64,000 bases of DNA from Mobula hypostoma (lineage: Eukaryota), in assembly GCF_963921235.1 (NCBI RefSeq), contig NC_086097.1, positions 150,910,001-150,974,000 on the forward strand, written 5' to 3'. The notes beneath the pieces are model-generated. The model was not told the DNA's origin. It worked only from the letters and a program-made list of their open reading frames with translations, and searched no databases. The position numbers and the translations under genes were made by a program. This document shows, one piece after another, positions 36,656 through 50,258 of this stretch. The first letter of the stretch is position 1; every line of letters starts with the position of its first letter.

Positions 36656-37854
36656 TATTTCTTTCTTTATTTAAGAGAAACACCATGGTAACAGGCCCTT
36701 CCGCCTAACAAGCCTGCACCGGCCTATTACATCCATTTGACCAATTAATCTACTAACTGTTTAAAGTAGTAATCTCTGGCTTACTCCCAGCACCACGGCT
36801 AGTCAGCGCATGAATAGGATGATAGTACAGATGAATGAGAGGCTGAGGAACGGGTGCATAGGGCAGGGTTTCAGACTTCTGGATCATTGGGAACTCTTTT
36901 GGGAAAGATATGACCGCTACAAAAAGGATGGGTTGCACCTGAAATAGAAAAGGCATCTCAAACAAGCAATGTTACAATGGTCATAGGGGAATTACAATAT
37001 GCAGTAGATTGGGAAAATTAGGTTGGTTCTGGATTCCCAAGAAAGGGAATTTGTAGAATGCCAATGAGAGAATTTTTTAGATAAACTTGTGGCTGAGTCC
37101 ACGAGGGGAAAGGCAGTTCTGGAAGGGTGTTGCGTAATGAACCAGATTTGGTTAGGGAGTTTAAGGAAAAGGAATCCTTAGGAGATTGTGATCATAATAT
37201 GATAGAATTCTCCCTGCAGTTTTAGAAGCAGAAGATAAAGTCAGATGTATCAGCACAGTAGAGTAAAGGGAATTATAGAGGTATGAGAGAGGACTGGCCA
37301 ACATTAATTGGAGAGCAACACTACAGGGATGATGGCAAAACAGTAATGATTGGAATTTCTGGGAGAAATTCGGAAGGCACAGGATAAAGATGAAGAAGTA
37401 TTCTAATGGGAGGGTGAGGAAACCATAGCAGAGATGTTATAAAGCATTGGTCAGACTGCACTTGGAGTATTGTGAGCATTTTAGGTCCATTATCTTAGAA
37501 AAGATGTATTGGCATTGGAGAGGGTCCAGACGAGGTTCACGGGAATGATTCCAGGAATGAAAGAATTCAAATAGGAATGGAGGTGTTGATGGTTCTGGGC
37601 CTGTACTCACTGGAGCTTAGCAGAATGAGGGGAGATCTCCTTGAAACCGTTGAATATTGAAAGGCTTAGAGATATTTCCTATTGTGGGGGAGTCTAAGAC
37701 TAGGGGACAGAGCCTTAAAATAGAGGGACGTCCATTTAGGCTAGAGTTGAACAGGAATTTCTTTAGCCAGGGGGTGGTGTATCTGTTAATTTCATTGCCA
37801 CAGACAGCTGTGGAGGCCAAGACATTGAGTATATTTAAAGAGGAGGTTGATGTG

Positions 37855-38590
37855 TTTCAAAGATTTCAAAGGTTTCAGAGGTTTCAAAGGTACATTTAAT
37901 GTCAGAGAAGTGTGTACAATATACATCCTGAAATTATTTTCCTGCATAACCATCCACAAAAACAGAGGAGTGCCCCAAGGAATGAATGACAGTTAAATGT
38001 TAGAACCCCAAAGCATCCCCCCAGCTACCCCCTCCCATGTGTAAGCAGCAGCAAAGCAATGATCCCCCCTCCCCCACCAGCAAAAAAGCATCAGCGACTC
38101 CTCTAAGCATTCAAGCATGCAGCAAAGCTTCACTAAAGACACAGACTTGCATAACCTGAAACACCACTTGTTCACCCAGTAATTCAACATACCTAATAAG
38201 GAAAAAAAAGTGTCTCTGTTTTACAGTGAGAGGGGAGACATAACAAACAACTTGCTGATTTACAATGTTAAAGGTCTGTTGCGTCGCTTTCTCCAAGCTC
38301 TGTGCCCAAAGAACTTGGGTCTCTGTGCACACAACTGAGATCATCTGTCTCCCACAACATACTGATTTCCTGCAGAGGCACTGACCTCGATTCCGCCCGC
38401 CTCCAGAGCCACAAAATCCTGAAACTCTGAAGGCGTGCTAATCTTCTAAACTGTGTCCTTGATATATCAAATAATGGCCAGTCGTGAGACCCCGAGAATG
38501 TGTCCCATTGCTGCAAAGTCAGCATGTAACTCCAGGTCAGGGTCTTCAAAAGAACCCTGAAAGGGAAAAGTAGAGATATTAACGATAGAA
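37855..38590 (-). mobile_element. Non-autonomous LINE-like insert with (TTTGAAACC)-like tail
   Basis: TTTCAAAGATTTCAAAGGTTTCAGAGGTTTCAAAGGTACATTTAATGTC tail with ATTAAA on the minus strand; interrupts the CR1 3' end. Confidence 0.55.
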
Positions 38591-38837
38591 ATTAGATTAG
38601 ATTAGATTAGATTATGAAGACACACAGTCCTCTTTTATTGTCATTTAGTAATGCATGCATTAAGAAATGATACAATGTTCCTCCAGTATGATATCACAGA
38701 AACACAAGACAGACCAAGACTGAAAAACTGACAAAAACCACATAATTATAACATATAGTTACAACAGTGCAAAGCAATACCATAATTTGATAAAGAACAG
38801 ACCATGGGCATGGTAAAAAAAATCTCAAAGTCTCAAA
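38591..38837 (-). mobile_element. 5'-truncated third copy of the (TAATC)n-tailed element
   Basis: (ATTAG)4 tail and near-identity to 16215-16452. Confidence 0.85.
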
Positions 38838-39059
38838 TAGGGCGGTTTCTGAAAATGCAAGCAGAGGAGTCGCCATAAGGTGCCGTTGTCTCCTAAGCTC
38901 CACCCCTTGTCCTTGATTAGTAAAGGTGTCAGAGGTTACGGGGAGAAGGCAGGAGAACTGGGTTGAGAGGGATAATAAATCAGCCATGATAGAATGGCGG
39001 AACAGACTCGATGGGTTGAATGGCCTAATTTTGCTCTCATGTCTTATGATCTTATGGTG

Positions 39060-39235
39060 TTAAGCTATACATCTTTGGAATGTGGGAGGAAACCGGAGCA
39101 CCCAAAGGAAACCTACATGTTCGCAATGTACAATCAAATGTACAATCTCCCTACAGACAGTGATGGGAATTGAACCCCAGTCGTTATCACTGTAAAATGA
39201 TGAGCTAATTGCTATGCTATCGTGCCAGCCCAATC
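39060..39235 (-). mobile_element. HE1-like V-SINE
   Basis: TCTTTGGAATGTGGGAGGAAACCGGAGCACCC; GGGAATTGAACCC (B box, reverse). Confidence 0.7.
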
Positions 39236-40063
39236 TGGTGGTGTGGGACCTAAGGCATCTGTATCTTCTACCCAACAGTAGTAGTGAGAAAAGAGCATGG
39301 CCTGGATGATGGGGCTTTTGCTGACGGATGCTGTTTGTTTGTGACAGCACTCATAACTACACTCAGTGGTGGGGAGGGCTTCATTATTGGGCTGTATCCA
39401 CCAGTCAATGTCCCTGAATCTTTTTTTTATCATATCTCCTTTCACCACTCTCCCTGTCAACATATTACAAGTGTCTACTTATCTTAAAACAACTTGCCTT
39501 TAAATCTTCTTTAAATTTTCCCTGCATTATCTTAAACTTATGACCTATAGTACTTGACATTTCCATCTCAGGATAAAAGATACTCACTATATACCATATC
39601 TATGCACTTCTTTTCAGTCACCCCTCAGCCTTCTTCACCCCACAGAAGACAGGCTGGGTGGATCCAAATTCTCCTAATAGCTAATACAATGTATTTGGAG
39701 AGCTTTGATTTGTATGGCTAGGGATGAAATGTCAGGTGGGGGATTATTCTAATGGACTCCATCACTTGGCAAGTATAGTTAGACTTGGTTCACGCATGTT
39801 TAACTTTTCACATTATTTCCTAATACTCGCTGGATGTTATTGGGTGATAATGGCAATATTAGCAAAAATAGACTGGCGAATGGTGTACTTTCATAAACAA
39901 TAAGATTTAAATGCTGAGAAGTAAACAAAATGAGCACTGAGAAGGAGTATAAGTTAGACTGGGTAAGTACAATATTAAATCAGTTACAGAAAGAAAAATA
40001 AACAGAAGCAAATTTGATTAAGAGAGAGAGGACGTAAGGGCGAGAATGGAAAATTAATTCTAA

Positions 40064-40545
40064 TTGGCTGCATCACCGTCTGTTGTAAGAGGGACTACTG
40101 CACAGGATCAAAGTGAGCTGCAGAGACTTGTGAAATTAATTAGCTCCATCATAGGCTCTGGCCTCTGCAGTATCCAGGACATCTTCAAGGAGCGGTGCCT
40201 CAAAAAGGTGGCATCCATCTTTAAGGACCCCCATCACCCAGAAAATGCCCTCTTCCCATTGCTTCCATCAGGAAGGAGGTACAGGAGCCTGAAGGCACTC
40301 ACTGAGTGATTCAGGAACAGCTTCTTCCCCTCTGAATGAACATTGAACCCACGATCCCCTGAACACTACCTCACTACATTTTTATTTCTTATTTGTTTTG
40401 CACTACCTATTTAATTTTACCTAGTTAATATGTATATTATATAGTATTTTGCACTATTATTATGTATTTTATTGCTGCCATAAAGTTAACAAATTTCAAG
40501 ACATATGCTGGTGATATTAAACTTGATTTTGATTCTGATTCTGAT
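40064..40545 (+). mobile_element. Rex1-type LINE 3' fragment
   Basis: RCLKKVASIFKDPHHPENALFPLLPSGRRYRSLKA; (GATTCT)n tail. Confidence 0.8.
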
Positions 40546-41034
40546 TAAAGTAAAAAAAATAATTTTTTAGTATGAGATATTACTAAATAACTAAAATAAT
40601 TAGCAATCTGAAGGAATGCGATCCCACATTTACAATTATTAGCTTTCCGGGAAGAAGGGGCAACTTAACAATCATTAACATACTGTACAGTGTATCACAT
40701 AATTGAAGGGATAATTTAGTTGTTAATTATTTGTCTTCACTTCACTTATTGTCTATGTTTAATAGACAATAAACATATCACAAAAGTAGGAAACTGTTGA
40801 AAATTACCAAGCAGATCTCAGCTGCTCTTTCCACATTACCAATGACAGAGCAGCTAAGGTTATTTGGCAATTTGTTACCATGATTTGCTGGCAAGTACAC
40901 GCATGCTTTGAATTAGACTTTTGCACAGTACTGTACGTTGTGAAATTTGAGGTTTTGTGGCAGCAGTACAGTGCAAGTGTCAAAATGGTTGTTATGATGT
41001 GTCTAGTGTGGTAATGTAATGTGTAGTGCTTGTT

Positions 41035-41580
41035 GGTCTCACTTTCCGCTGACTAGCAGTCTTATGAAAAGGAGAGCTGAATGTGTAAATTTCTCCCTGG
41101 CAGTACATAGCCTCTCCAACAGCAAGCCTTATGTAGTGCCTCCTCGCTGGTGACACATGGAAACCGAACTCCTTTCAGACTCATGCTGAAATACAGAGGA
41201 TGAGGAGGAGGCCTGGCCCCTGCACACGTAGCACGCAGGCCTTTGTGCTCATGAGCCAGATCCCCAGCTATGGCTAAGAAGCCTCACTGCCTTGTGAGCA
41301 GCCTCACGAGAAAAGACGTCTACTGGAGTAAACCCAGACCGCAAATCCAGAGTGGAGTCCCCTAAGGCAGCTGGACGTCATTGAACATCCTTCTGGCAGC
41401 TCCTGCAACCAAGCTGGTGCCAAACATATTGCTTCATTATCTTTCCTTTAGACTACATTGGTGAGTCCTAGAGGGGGATCTTGACGACAGGGTATCTCAG
41501 GATCTCCATACCTTATGCCCAGGCTTGTGATGATAATCATCATCACCCATTGTCCTTCAAGACAGATGGATGCCAACCAA
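41035..41580 (+). mobile_element. RTE-clade 5' UTR-like fragment
   Basis: GCAGCCTC..GAGAAAAGAC.TCT..GTAAACC motif typical of RTE 5' regions; judged by eye only. Confidence 0.35.
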
Positions 41581-41805
41581 CAGTGCAAGACATAAAAAAA
41601 ACTACAAATTTCAAATAAATAAACAAACAAATAATGGAAGAGGAATAACAAGGTAGTGTTCATGCATTCATGGACTATTCAAAGAGAGAAAGAAGCTGTT
41701 CCTAATATAAAGAACAGGAATTCTGCAGATGCTGGAAATTCAAGCAACACACATAAAAGTTGCTGGTGAACGCAGCAGGCCATGCAGCATCTCTAGGAAG
41801 AGGTA

Positions 41806-41843
41806 CAGTCGACGTTTCAGGCCGAGACCCTTCGTCAGGACTA
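41806..41843 (-). ncRNA. Minimal type-I hammerhead ribozyme motif
   Basis: Reverse strand: UAGUC CUGACGA AGG-GUCUCGG-CCU GAAA C GUC GACUG; intact core, stems I and II, loopless palindromic stem III. Confidence 0.8.
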
Positions 41844-41886
41844 ACTGAAGGCACAGTTAGTAAGAGATTTGATCTCTTCCTTCAGT

Positions 41887-41924
41887 TAGTCCTGACGAAG
41901 GGTCTCGGTCTGAAACGTCGACTG
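41887..41924 (+). ncRNA. Minimal type-I hammerhead ribozyme motif
   Basis: UAGUC CUGACGA AGG-GUCUCGG-UCU GAAA C GUC GACUG (one G-U pair in stem II). Confidence 0.78.
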
Positions 41925-44719
41925 CACCTCTTCCTAGAGGTGCTGCCTGGCCTGCTGCGTTCACCAGCAACTTTTCTGTATGTTGCTGTTCCTAATATGT
42001 TAAGTGTGGGTCTTCAAGCTCCTGTACCTCCTCCTTGACGGTAGTAATGAGAAGATGGCATGTTCCAGACAGCGAGGGTCCTCGATACAATCTTCTTGAG
42101 GCACCACCTTTTGAAGGTGTTCTCGATGGTGGGGAGGCTTGTGCCAATCATGGAGGTGCTGAATCTACAAACATCTGCAGCCTCTTCTGGGGTCCATCCC
42201 AGGCAGTGATGTGACCTGTCAGAATGCTCTCCATTGTACATCTGTCAAAACTTGCTTCAAAAAGAACTACCTTTACAGGGACATGTTGGTAACATATTTC
42301 CACCAGCCTTACTATTCTATTTAGAATACTTGATCTGCAGAAATTGGTTGGCAGGTACAGGGGAGAGTGAATTAGAACATTTTTGGAATTAGGTGTAATA
42401 AAAGATGAACAACCACATTGTCGTATTTTTCATCAGTTTTAATTTTGTTTCTACTGTTCCCATTAGTTCTCTTTTAGCATTTTTAACTTCAGTGGTTACT
42501 ATGGGTTGAATCCTCTCAACTTCATTTTCATTAATTGTAACTTTGACAACGTAAAGTGATTTGAAGCAATAATACTATTTTGTACAATAGTACCCAAAGA
42601 GGTGATTCATACTGAAAATTTTAGATCCTTAACTGTCAATATGAGTAACGTAATTAGAAGAGTAGGAAGTTTTGCATCAGTGGGTAATGAGAGGACCAGA
42701 ACAGTGAAGAGATGTGAAGCAGTTTCTCTTTGCCTTTTGCTGATTTACGCATATGTATTTTCCCCGACCGCTGAGAAGCTGAAGAATAACAACTTGTGAA
42801 GTACAATTTAAGTAAACTTTCGTCAGTTAAGAAAAACATACCTGGTGGGATTGTGACAAAGGCCACTGCTGTAGTGTGATAATAAATGACTGTTTTTGAG
42901 TACTTTTTTAACTGTATTGATACATATATTGGTCCACAAGGTGAATCTGAGAACTGGTGGTTGAAGTTTCTGAGCTTAAATAAAAGGATTCTCGATTTTC
43001 TGGTTACCTAATGACTGTGAAACCAATGCAATGCTTTTTGCATACAGTTCGTTGACTCAAGCCGTATGGAGAGACTCTGTTCCCATAACCAAGTTTGTGC
43101 CAAACTTGCCCTGAAAGTACTCTCTCTTGCTGTAATCAGCTTAGCACATAAAATACGTAGAGGAAGGGATTTCCTCTGACTGCTGGAATACTTGATAATA
43201 TATATTGAACATATACCTCTTCAGAGCCATACATTAATATTTAATGCATTGGCTCTCTCAATATGTTCGAACATGTAATCTTTCATTTCCATCAGCGGCA
43301 TTCAAACAAAGCTCTGAAAGAAAACAGGATGAAAGACTCACTCTTTATTGTTTGCAATTCAGACTCAAATTATCCCAAGTTTTTTCTGTCTAATTCTAAT
43401 GACAATTGACACAAAGCTGCTTTTATACAGTGTGATAAATTCACTTAAGGAATCTACAATTTGCACAATGTATCTCAATTACTGACCTTATTTTGCTGAT
43501 GTATAATTTTTTAGGACAATAGTGCTCATAGTTTTTCCAATACTTGATTTGTGAAGCAAATTCTGTCATTTTCACAACTGATGTAAGTTCATTTTCTATA
43601 TCCTGGGGACAAATGAGGACTCCATTCATCTTTGCTATTCTAGACATTGATGACCAAATCACACATCCAGTTAAAGCACCTTTATTGTCCTTTATTTTAA
43701 AAAAATCTTGTAAAATGTGCTGATACCTAAAAGTCAACAGGGAATAGTTGTCCCTGAAACCAAAATCCAACAATTAAATCTTTCTCCTGAAGTCTGCTGA
43801 CTTTTCTTTGCAAGAACTTCACCAGATACTAGTTAATATAGTCTGGGTTTCCAAGGGACAGGAGGTCACATATCTCAAGGAGAAATTCCAATAATGTGAT
43901 TAACTCCAGGCAGAACGAAATGGCAAGCTGAATATAGCTGCTCATGCCCCGAAGTAAACTACCAAAGCACCTGCTGCCTACTGGGACTGTTGCACGCTGG
44001 ACTGCTTGCTGCCTTGAAGATCGTGTAGCTAAGTCTGTATGGTACTCCACAGGGGAAATATCTTAGATAATGAGAATTGGTTCAGAATATTGAAAAATGA
44101 GCAGTATTACCCAAATGAAATTTGTAAAAAAATGCTTTCATAAATCATGAATGCTCTTTTAAATACACTCAAGCTGTTGGAAACAAACTTAATGACACTT
44201 TCTTACTGAAAGTGGAATATACTATAGCATAGCACTGTGGAATTATAGAACGATACACCTAGAAGGATGCCATTCACCCCTTTGCAGTTGATGGTGGAGC
44301 TACTCAATTAATCCCTCTTTCATTCTTGTCCCACAGCTCTCTAAAATGTTTCCCTTCAAGGGTTCTTTAAATTTCATCATTGAATGTGCTTTTCAGGGAA
44401 TGCAATGTAATAAAATAATACAGTGGGTAAAAAAATGTTTCCCCACTTTCTATTTATTTTGTCAATCACCTCAATTGTGTTCTTTGGTTAATGGTTCTTC
44501 TGTGCTTCCCCTTATTTAATCCACCAAAACATTTCTAAATGTTTTATATTGTGTATTTAGTAGATTTTAGGACCATTGAACTTTTATTTCATTGCGAATG
44601 TTACCTGCCAGTTAAGAAAGATGGAACGGAGTAAATCTAGCAACTATATGCCAGATAATCAGCTTATCTCAGGTGACATTTTACCTTGTGCAAAGCACAT
44701 TCCTTCTTCCTAAGGTGTG

Positions 44720-44960
44720 TCCAGAATTGTGCACAGTCTGCTCATTCCCCTGTGAGCACATGAGCTTTCTGAGTCCTCTCGCTTCCCAAAGACATTCAGG
44801 TTGGTTGGCCAAATTTCCCCTTGAGTTTAGTTAAGATCTGAGGGAACTAATGGGAATGTGAGGACAATAAAAATGGATCAAAGTAGGATGAGTCTAAGTG
44901 GATGGTTAATGGTTGATACAACTTGGTTGGCTAAAGGACTTGTTTCCATACTCATGACTT
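44720..44960 (+). mobile_element. Decayed V-SINE
   Basis: CATTCCCCTGTGAGCACATGAGCTTTCT..TTCCCAAAGAC V-domain; CR1-like 3' end. Confidence 0.5.
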
Positions 44961-45621
44961 GATGACCCCCTAGGGTCATAAAACTCCAGCAAATTCTTAA
45001 CACATGCTTTATAAAGATGTTGTACTTGCTTTTGTACATTATACTTTAATAGACAAGATAAAAATCTCATATGCTGCTGTCTTCTCAAATATATTTTGCA
45101 ACTTTAAAATATCATGTACCTCAGTTCCTGGATGCGATGCATAATTGTAAACTGTAGTTTATACTGTCTCTCCAAAATGTAAAGCAACTGTTTGTCACTA
45201 ATATCTGTTTACATCACTTAGCTAGATTTATCCCTAGTCGTCTGTTGACTTTTTAAACTGATGGACCTGAATTTTACTAATGGTGGAATCTATGTATTTG
45301 AACCTGTCTCATTTTGAGACTCCACGTACACTTCAACTGCAACTCTTTCAATTATACCCTACATTAACTCTACAAATAATCCTATCAATTTGGTGAAATA
45401 AAGTTTTACCACTAACAAATAAAAATTCATGTATCCCAATGTCTCTCAACCATATAAGGGAAGATATATTGAACTAAATTCAAATATTTAGGTATCAAAT
45501 TCACTCAGAATATTGGATTACATGTACCTATAAATATACTAGCATTACTTTTTTAATCTCAAAACATTTTAATTTATTTATGTATGTGTTTGGCCCTGCA
45601 AAGACAATATTATTTGCCTAT

Positions 45622-45830
45622 TCCTGAGTTCAAATCCAGCCGGCTCCCCTGCACGCTTTCCATCCGTGCTGGGTTACGAGCTGGTGATCTCTTTGGAAAC
45701 TCACCCGGTGGAAGGCAATGGCAAACCACTGCTGTAACTTGCCTTGTACGCGGTTCCCCACTACGTCAGAGAGGCATGGAGGGAAATCATCCGCTAACCG
45801 GAGAAACTCCGGATGCGACGTACCTTTCCT
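45622..45830 (+). mobile_element. tRNA-derived SINE with RTE-type 3' part
   Basis: GAGTTCAAATCC B box; head shared with the 49455 family; GAAGGCAATGGCAAACCACT motif; (CCTTT)n tail. Confidence 0.65.
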
Positions 45831-46824
45831 TTTTCCTTATTCCCAATTGCCCTTAAATAACCCATTATTTGTTTGCCATGGACTATACAGTGAACTTGCC
45901 ACTAAATGGGGAATCTAATCCAGTGATGATGAAGACAAACAATCAATTTTTAAATCAGAATGATGCATTTGTGCATAATATTATAAATGATACTATTTGC
46001 ATTCACCTGCTGTCTTTGACCTTCCAGCTTGTGTACTGGGAGATGTGTAAAGTGTAATCCATCATGGGGATAGTCGGCACGATAGCTGGGGTGCATCAGC
46101 GGTGGAAAGAGTGCTTAAAGTGATGGATGGGGTAATCAAAAGAGCTTTTTTTTCCCCAGAATGGTGTAGGATTTCTTTATTACCAGAGTTGTAGTCATTC
46201 ACACAAATGGAATTTTTAAAAAAATCATATTTCTGGCAATGATGGTGGGAAAGATTTGGAGAGTCAAGGGAAAAATTGCTCACTGCAGAATATCCAAACA
46301 TGAACCAGTTTTGATGCAATTTGTCAAGGGAAGTTTCTGCTCAGTGGTGATTTCCGATGAATCCAAGCAATAAAAGCAATTAGAGTATGTTTGGTGTTCT
46401 TTACCTGATAAATGTGTGGTGTTAATACTGCTTGCCAGTAAACATTGTCCAGATTTATCTGTAGGTATGAATTCCTTTAAGATCTGAGGACTTTTAAATG
46501 CAGCACAATCACAAATTCTGGTCTAGCTTGAAGTACAACCGCAGTGATATCCTGGGACTGAGATGACTGGGTCCCCAAAAATCCAACATATCCTCTGGCC
46601 CACTACAATTCCAGATGGTTGAGAGTTTTCTGCTGATTCCCATTTTCGTAAGGCTTTTTGATATTCTTTGACACCACAATTGGACACATATTGCTTTGAG
46701 GTCGAGGGCAGACACTCCCACCTCACTTTTTCTAAGAAATGAGCAGCTTCTCAAAAGGTTCCACTTATAGAATTTAAGTCCAATCTAAACATTCAGACTG
46801 CTGGGGTGATGTTGCTGAACCACT

Positions 46825-47000
46825 GGGCAGTGTTGTAGCATAGCAGCGAGTGCAAAACGTTACAGCACTAGCTGTAAGCCTTGGGTTTGGTTCCTGCTGC
46901 TGATATAAGGAGTATGTGCATTCTCCCTGTGACCACAGGAGTTTCCTCCAGGTGCTCCAGTTTCTCTCACATTCCAAAGATATATGGTTAGGGATAGTGA
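46825..47000 (+). mobile_element. HE1-like V-SINE
   Basis: GTGCATTCTCCCTGTGACC..GTTTCCTCCAGGTGCTCCAGTTTC..ACATTCCAAAGA. Confidence 0.65.
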
Positions 47001-47014
47001 GTGAGTTATAGTAG

Positions 47015-48685
47015 CTTTGGACACCGTCATTAGGAGATTTGTCAGGCTAATTCCTTGGATAAGAGGGACTCTCTTTCAAGAGAGGATAGGCAGTTTGCAT
47101 TTGTGTTTCCATGGGCTGATCAGCTGGCTGGTGAGTTCAAAGATTACATTAACCTCTTGCTTTGGCAGTCTGAGATACCCACCTGTTTCAAGCGGGCTTC
47201 AATTTTACCAGTGCCTAAGAAGAAAGTGATAACCTGTCGCAATGGCTATCATCCAATAGCTCTTACATTGTCTGTGAGGAATTATATCAGCTCCAACCTG
47301 AGAAGCAATTTGGATCCAGTCCAATTTGCCTACCGGAGCAACAGGTTCACAGTAAATGCCATCTCATTGGCTCTTTACCTAACCCTGGAACATCTGGACA
47401 TCAAAGATGCATACATCAGGAAGGTCTTCATCAATTACAGCTCGGCTTTCAATACCATCATGTTCTCAAAACTAGTCAATAAGCTTCAAGACCTGGGCCT
47501 CAACACTTCCTTGTGCAATTAGATCCTCTACTTCCTCACCTGCAGACTGCAGTCAGTTCAAATTGGCAACATTATCTGCTCCACAATCTCCATCAGCTCA
47601 GCTGCACCACAAGGCTGTGTGCTTAGCCCCCTGCTCTACTCACTTTACACTTACGACTGTGTGGCTAAGAACAGCTCCAATGCCGTAGTTATGTTTGCTG
47701 ACAACACCACTGTCCTTGGCCGAATTAAAAGTGGTGATGAATCAGCATATAGGAGGGAGACTGAAAATCTTGCTAAAAGATGCCACAACAACAACCTCTC
47801 ACTCAATGTCAGCAGGACCAAAGAGATGATTATTGACTTCAGGAGGAGGAAACTAAATGTCCGTGAGCCAATTGTCATCAGAGGATCGGAGATGGAGCGG
47901 GTCAATAAGTTTAAATTCCTCCAGGTTACCTTTTCAGAAGACTTATCCTGGGCCGTCATGTAAATGCAATTATGAAGAAAGTACAACAATGCCTCTACTT
48001 CTTTATTAGTTTGTGAAGATTCAGCATGACATCTAAATCTTTGACAAAGTTCTATAGATGTGTGGTGGAAAGTATATGGACTAGTTGCATCATGGCCTGG
48101 TATGGAAACACCAATGTCCTTGAATGGAAAATCCTACAAAATGTAATGGATACAGCCCACTCCATCACGGGTAATGCCTTCCCCACCACTGGGCACATCT
48201 TCATGGACAGCTGTCATAAAGGACTCTCACTACATGCTTTCTTCTCACTGTTGCCATCAGCAAGAAGGTAGAGCCTCAGGACTCACACTACCAGGTTCAG
48301 AAACAGTTGTTATCCCTCAACTATCAGGCTTTTGAAGCAGTGGGGATAACTACTCAACTTCAGTCACTCCATCACTGAACTGTTCCCACAACCTATGGAC
48401 TCACTTTCAAGGGGACTCTTCACCTCATTTTCTCAATATTTATTGCTTATTTCTTTGTTTGTTTGTTTGCTTACTTATTTATTTTTCATTTTCTTTTTAA
48501 TTTCCATGGTTTGTAGTCTTTTGCACATTGGTTGTTTGTTCATCCTGTTGGGTGTGGTCTTTCATTGATTCTATTATGTTTCTTGGATTTACTGAGTATG
48601 CCCACAAGAAAATGAATCTCAGGGCAGTATATGGTAACATATATTCACTTTGATATTAAATTTACTTTTGAATTTTTGAACTTTG
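47015..48685 (+). mobile_element. Rex1/Babar LINE, 5'-truncated, degenerate RT
   Basis: IPTCFKRASILPVPKK..YHPIALT..LDPVQFAYR..FINYSSAFNTI; LSPLLYSLYTYDC..FADNTTVLG; 3' tail TTTGAACTTTGA. Confidence 0.9.
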
Positions 48686-48729
48686 AGGGAGTTTAAAAGA
48701 ATGAGATGTGTCCTTATGATCAGCGAGCT

Positions 48730-49040
48730 TGTCAGGTTAGATGCTGAAATGTTTTCACAAGTGCGGCTGGGGCCATGAACAAAGAGATACAGCTACAAAA
48801 CACGTGGCCAGTCATTAAATACTGAAGTGCTTGGAAATTCCTTCCCCTAGTGAATCTCTGGAATTCTCTGCCCCAAGATGATGGCGGAGGCCAGATCCGC
48901 AGAAGTATTTTTGGTGGAGATAGATAAATACTTGATAAATTGAGGAATTGATGGTTATGGGGAACTGGCACAGAAGTGGAGTTGAGGCCAGCATAGATCA
49001 ACCATGATCATATTAAATGGCAAGCTCGAGGAGCCTAGTG
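48730..49040 (+). mobile_element. CR1 3' end
   Basis: GTGAATCTCTGGAATTCTCTGCCC...GATCAACCATGATCATATTAAATGGC. Confidence 0.65.
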
Positions 49041-49454
49041 GCTGATGTTTACATGAAGTTCAATATACTCACATTGTGGAATATAGATCAAAATATGATC
49101 ATGATGTTCTAGCAGTGTATGGAAATAATTTTTTTTTCTGTACAACTTGTTCTTGCATACAAGATTCATCAGTTTCAGAGATTATTCCAGTGGGATGTCC
49201 TCTTTCTAATAACAGTCTGTCTTCTTTACAGTGTTCATTATCATTAACTAAACCTATTGCTTTTTCCTTCTTTAATTTTACCAGAATTCTAGTTCATTAC
49301 TTTTAACTCAAAGGGATATACTTCACACATGTTTTGTGTGTTATTTTGTTGGTGTGTATCAAGTTAGCTCAAGCGTGCCCTTGCACAGTGCAGCTTTCAG
49401 CCTTTGTCAAACATTTCAGCGTGTTAATTGTGGTGCTCTTATTCCATGTTATCC

Positions 49455-49660
49455 AGCCGGTGGTGTAGTGGCATCTGCACCAGACTTCGAGGCGAGTGGT
49501 TCCAGGTTAGACTCCGGCTGCCTCCTCCTACGCTTTCCATCCATGCTGGGCTGAATGTCAAGTTAGCAACTCGGCCTTGTAGAAAAACAGACAAATGCTA
49601 AAGAATTGGCAATTGCCACCCGATGTGCCACAAAGGCACAGAGAGGAACAACAAAACAAC
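49455..49660 (+). mobile_element. tRNA-derived SINE with (CAA)n tail
   Basis: GGTGGTGTAGTGG A box and GGTTAGACTCC B box; same family as 57612-57800. Confidence 0.7.
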
Positions 49661-50062
49661 ATTATTCCGTACCGAAGGAATGTTTGAAAGGCCAGGCTTT
49701 ACTTACATCTTAAAGTAAGATTCTGTATAATCTTTGAGTTGATGTTAACAACCCTTAGGGATTATTTAAGTGCTTTAAGAGTTCTCTTGCTATTCTTGCC
49801 AGTTTTCATATTTCAGACATGACTATAGAAAGCATAAAAACTTCTCATCGCAAAGAAAATTCATAAGGCCTATAGGCACAGCTATGCTGCTGCATCTTTT
49901 GTGTAATGTGGTTTTAAAGATCTTGATGCAATAAGGCATTAATGTTAATGCAAACAATAAAGCTGGGCAACACTTCATGCCCACAATGTAAATTCAAATC
50001 CAATCTGATCAAATCAAATGGAAGCCTCTTCAGTTTGCTACATCAAATGTGAAACTGACTTG

Positions 50063-50258
50063 TGTTAATGCTCAAACCAAAAAGACAAGTTTTTCTTTCA
50101 TTTAAACAACTTTACTTTCAACGTCTCTGTTCAATACATAAGGGCTGGCACCTTAATGCCCACAATCCTCCCATTCTCCTCTGGCATGCATGGCCATGAC
50201 AAGGAAAGTGTGCATGCCTACTAAATATTTACATAGTCCAAATGAACGGAACTTAACA
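50063..50258 (-). repeat. Copia 3' LTR (196 bp), preceded on the minus strand by PPT AAAAAAAGATGGGAGAT
   Basis: Direct repeat of 54157-54358; purine tract at 50259-50275 (minus). Confidence 0.9.

Larger units (their letters stand above)
36765..39055 (+). mobile_element. Fragmented CR1 (ORF1 esterase end, endonuclease, RT 3' end) with nested inserts
   Basis: VVISGLLP..GFRLLDHW..FW..YKKDGLHL (SGNH-like ORF1); LGDCDHNMIEF (APE); LVRLHLEYC; ORF 37657-37899 CR1 C-terminus; (TCTTATG)n tail at ~39040. Confidence 0.8.
41709..41987. mobile_element. Young fold-back Penelope-like insertion (two inverted pLTR ends)
   Basis: ~41742-41850 is the inverse of 41879-41987; duplication GCTGTTCCTAATAT at 41695-41708 and 41985-41998. 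Confidence 0.9.
41580..42250 (-). mobile_element. Rex1-type LINE 3' fragment hosting the inverted PLE insert
   Basis: GTSLPTIENTFKRWCLKK (42014-42241) and 3' UTR. Confidence 0.7.

Noticed and set aside
43209..43330. Minus-strand exon with a strong acceptor (CCTGTTTTCTTTCAG)
   Set aside because: Stops in all three frames and a weak donor; a non-coding exon cannot be supported from sequence alone
42250..44500. Repeat-poor stretches (also 14200-14900, 32860-34430, 59720-60570) as conserved non-coding elements
   Set aside because: Conservation cannot be assessed without alignments, and no distinctive internal structure was seen
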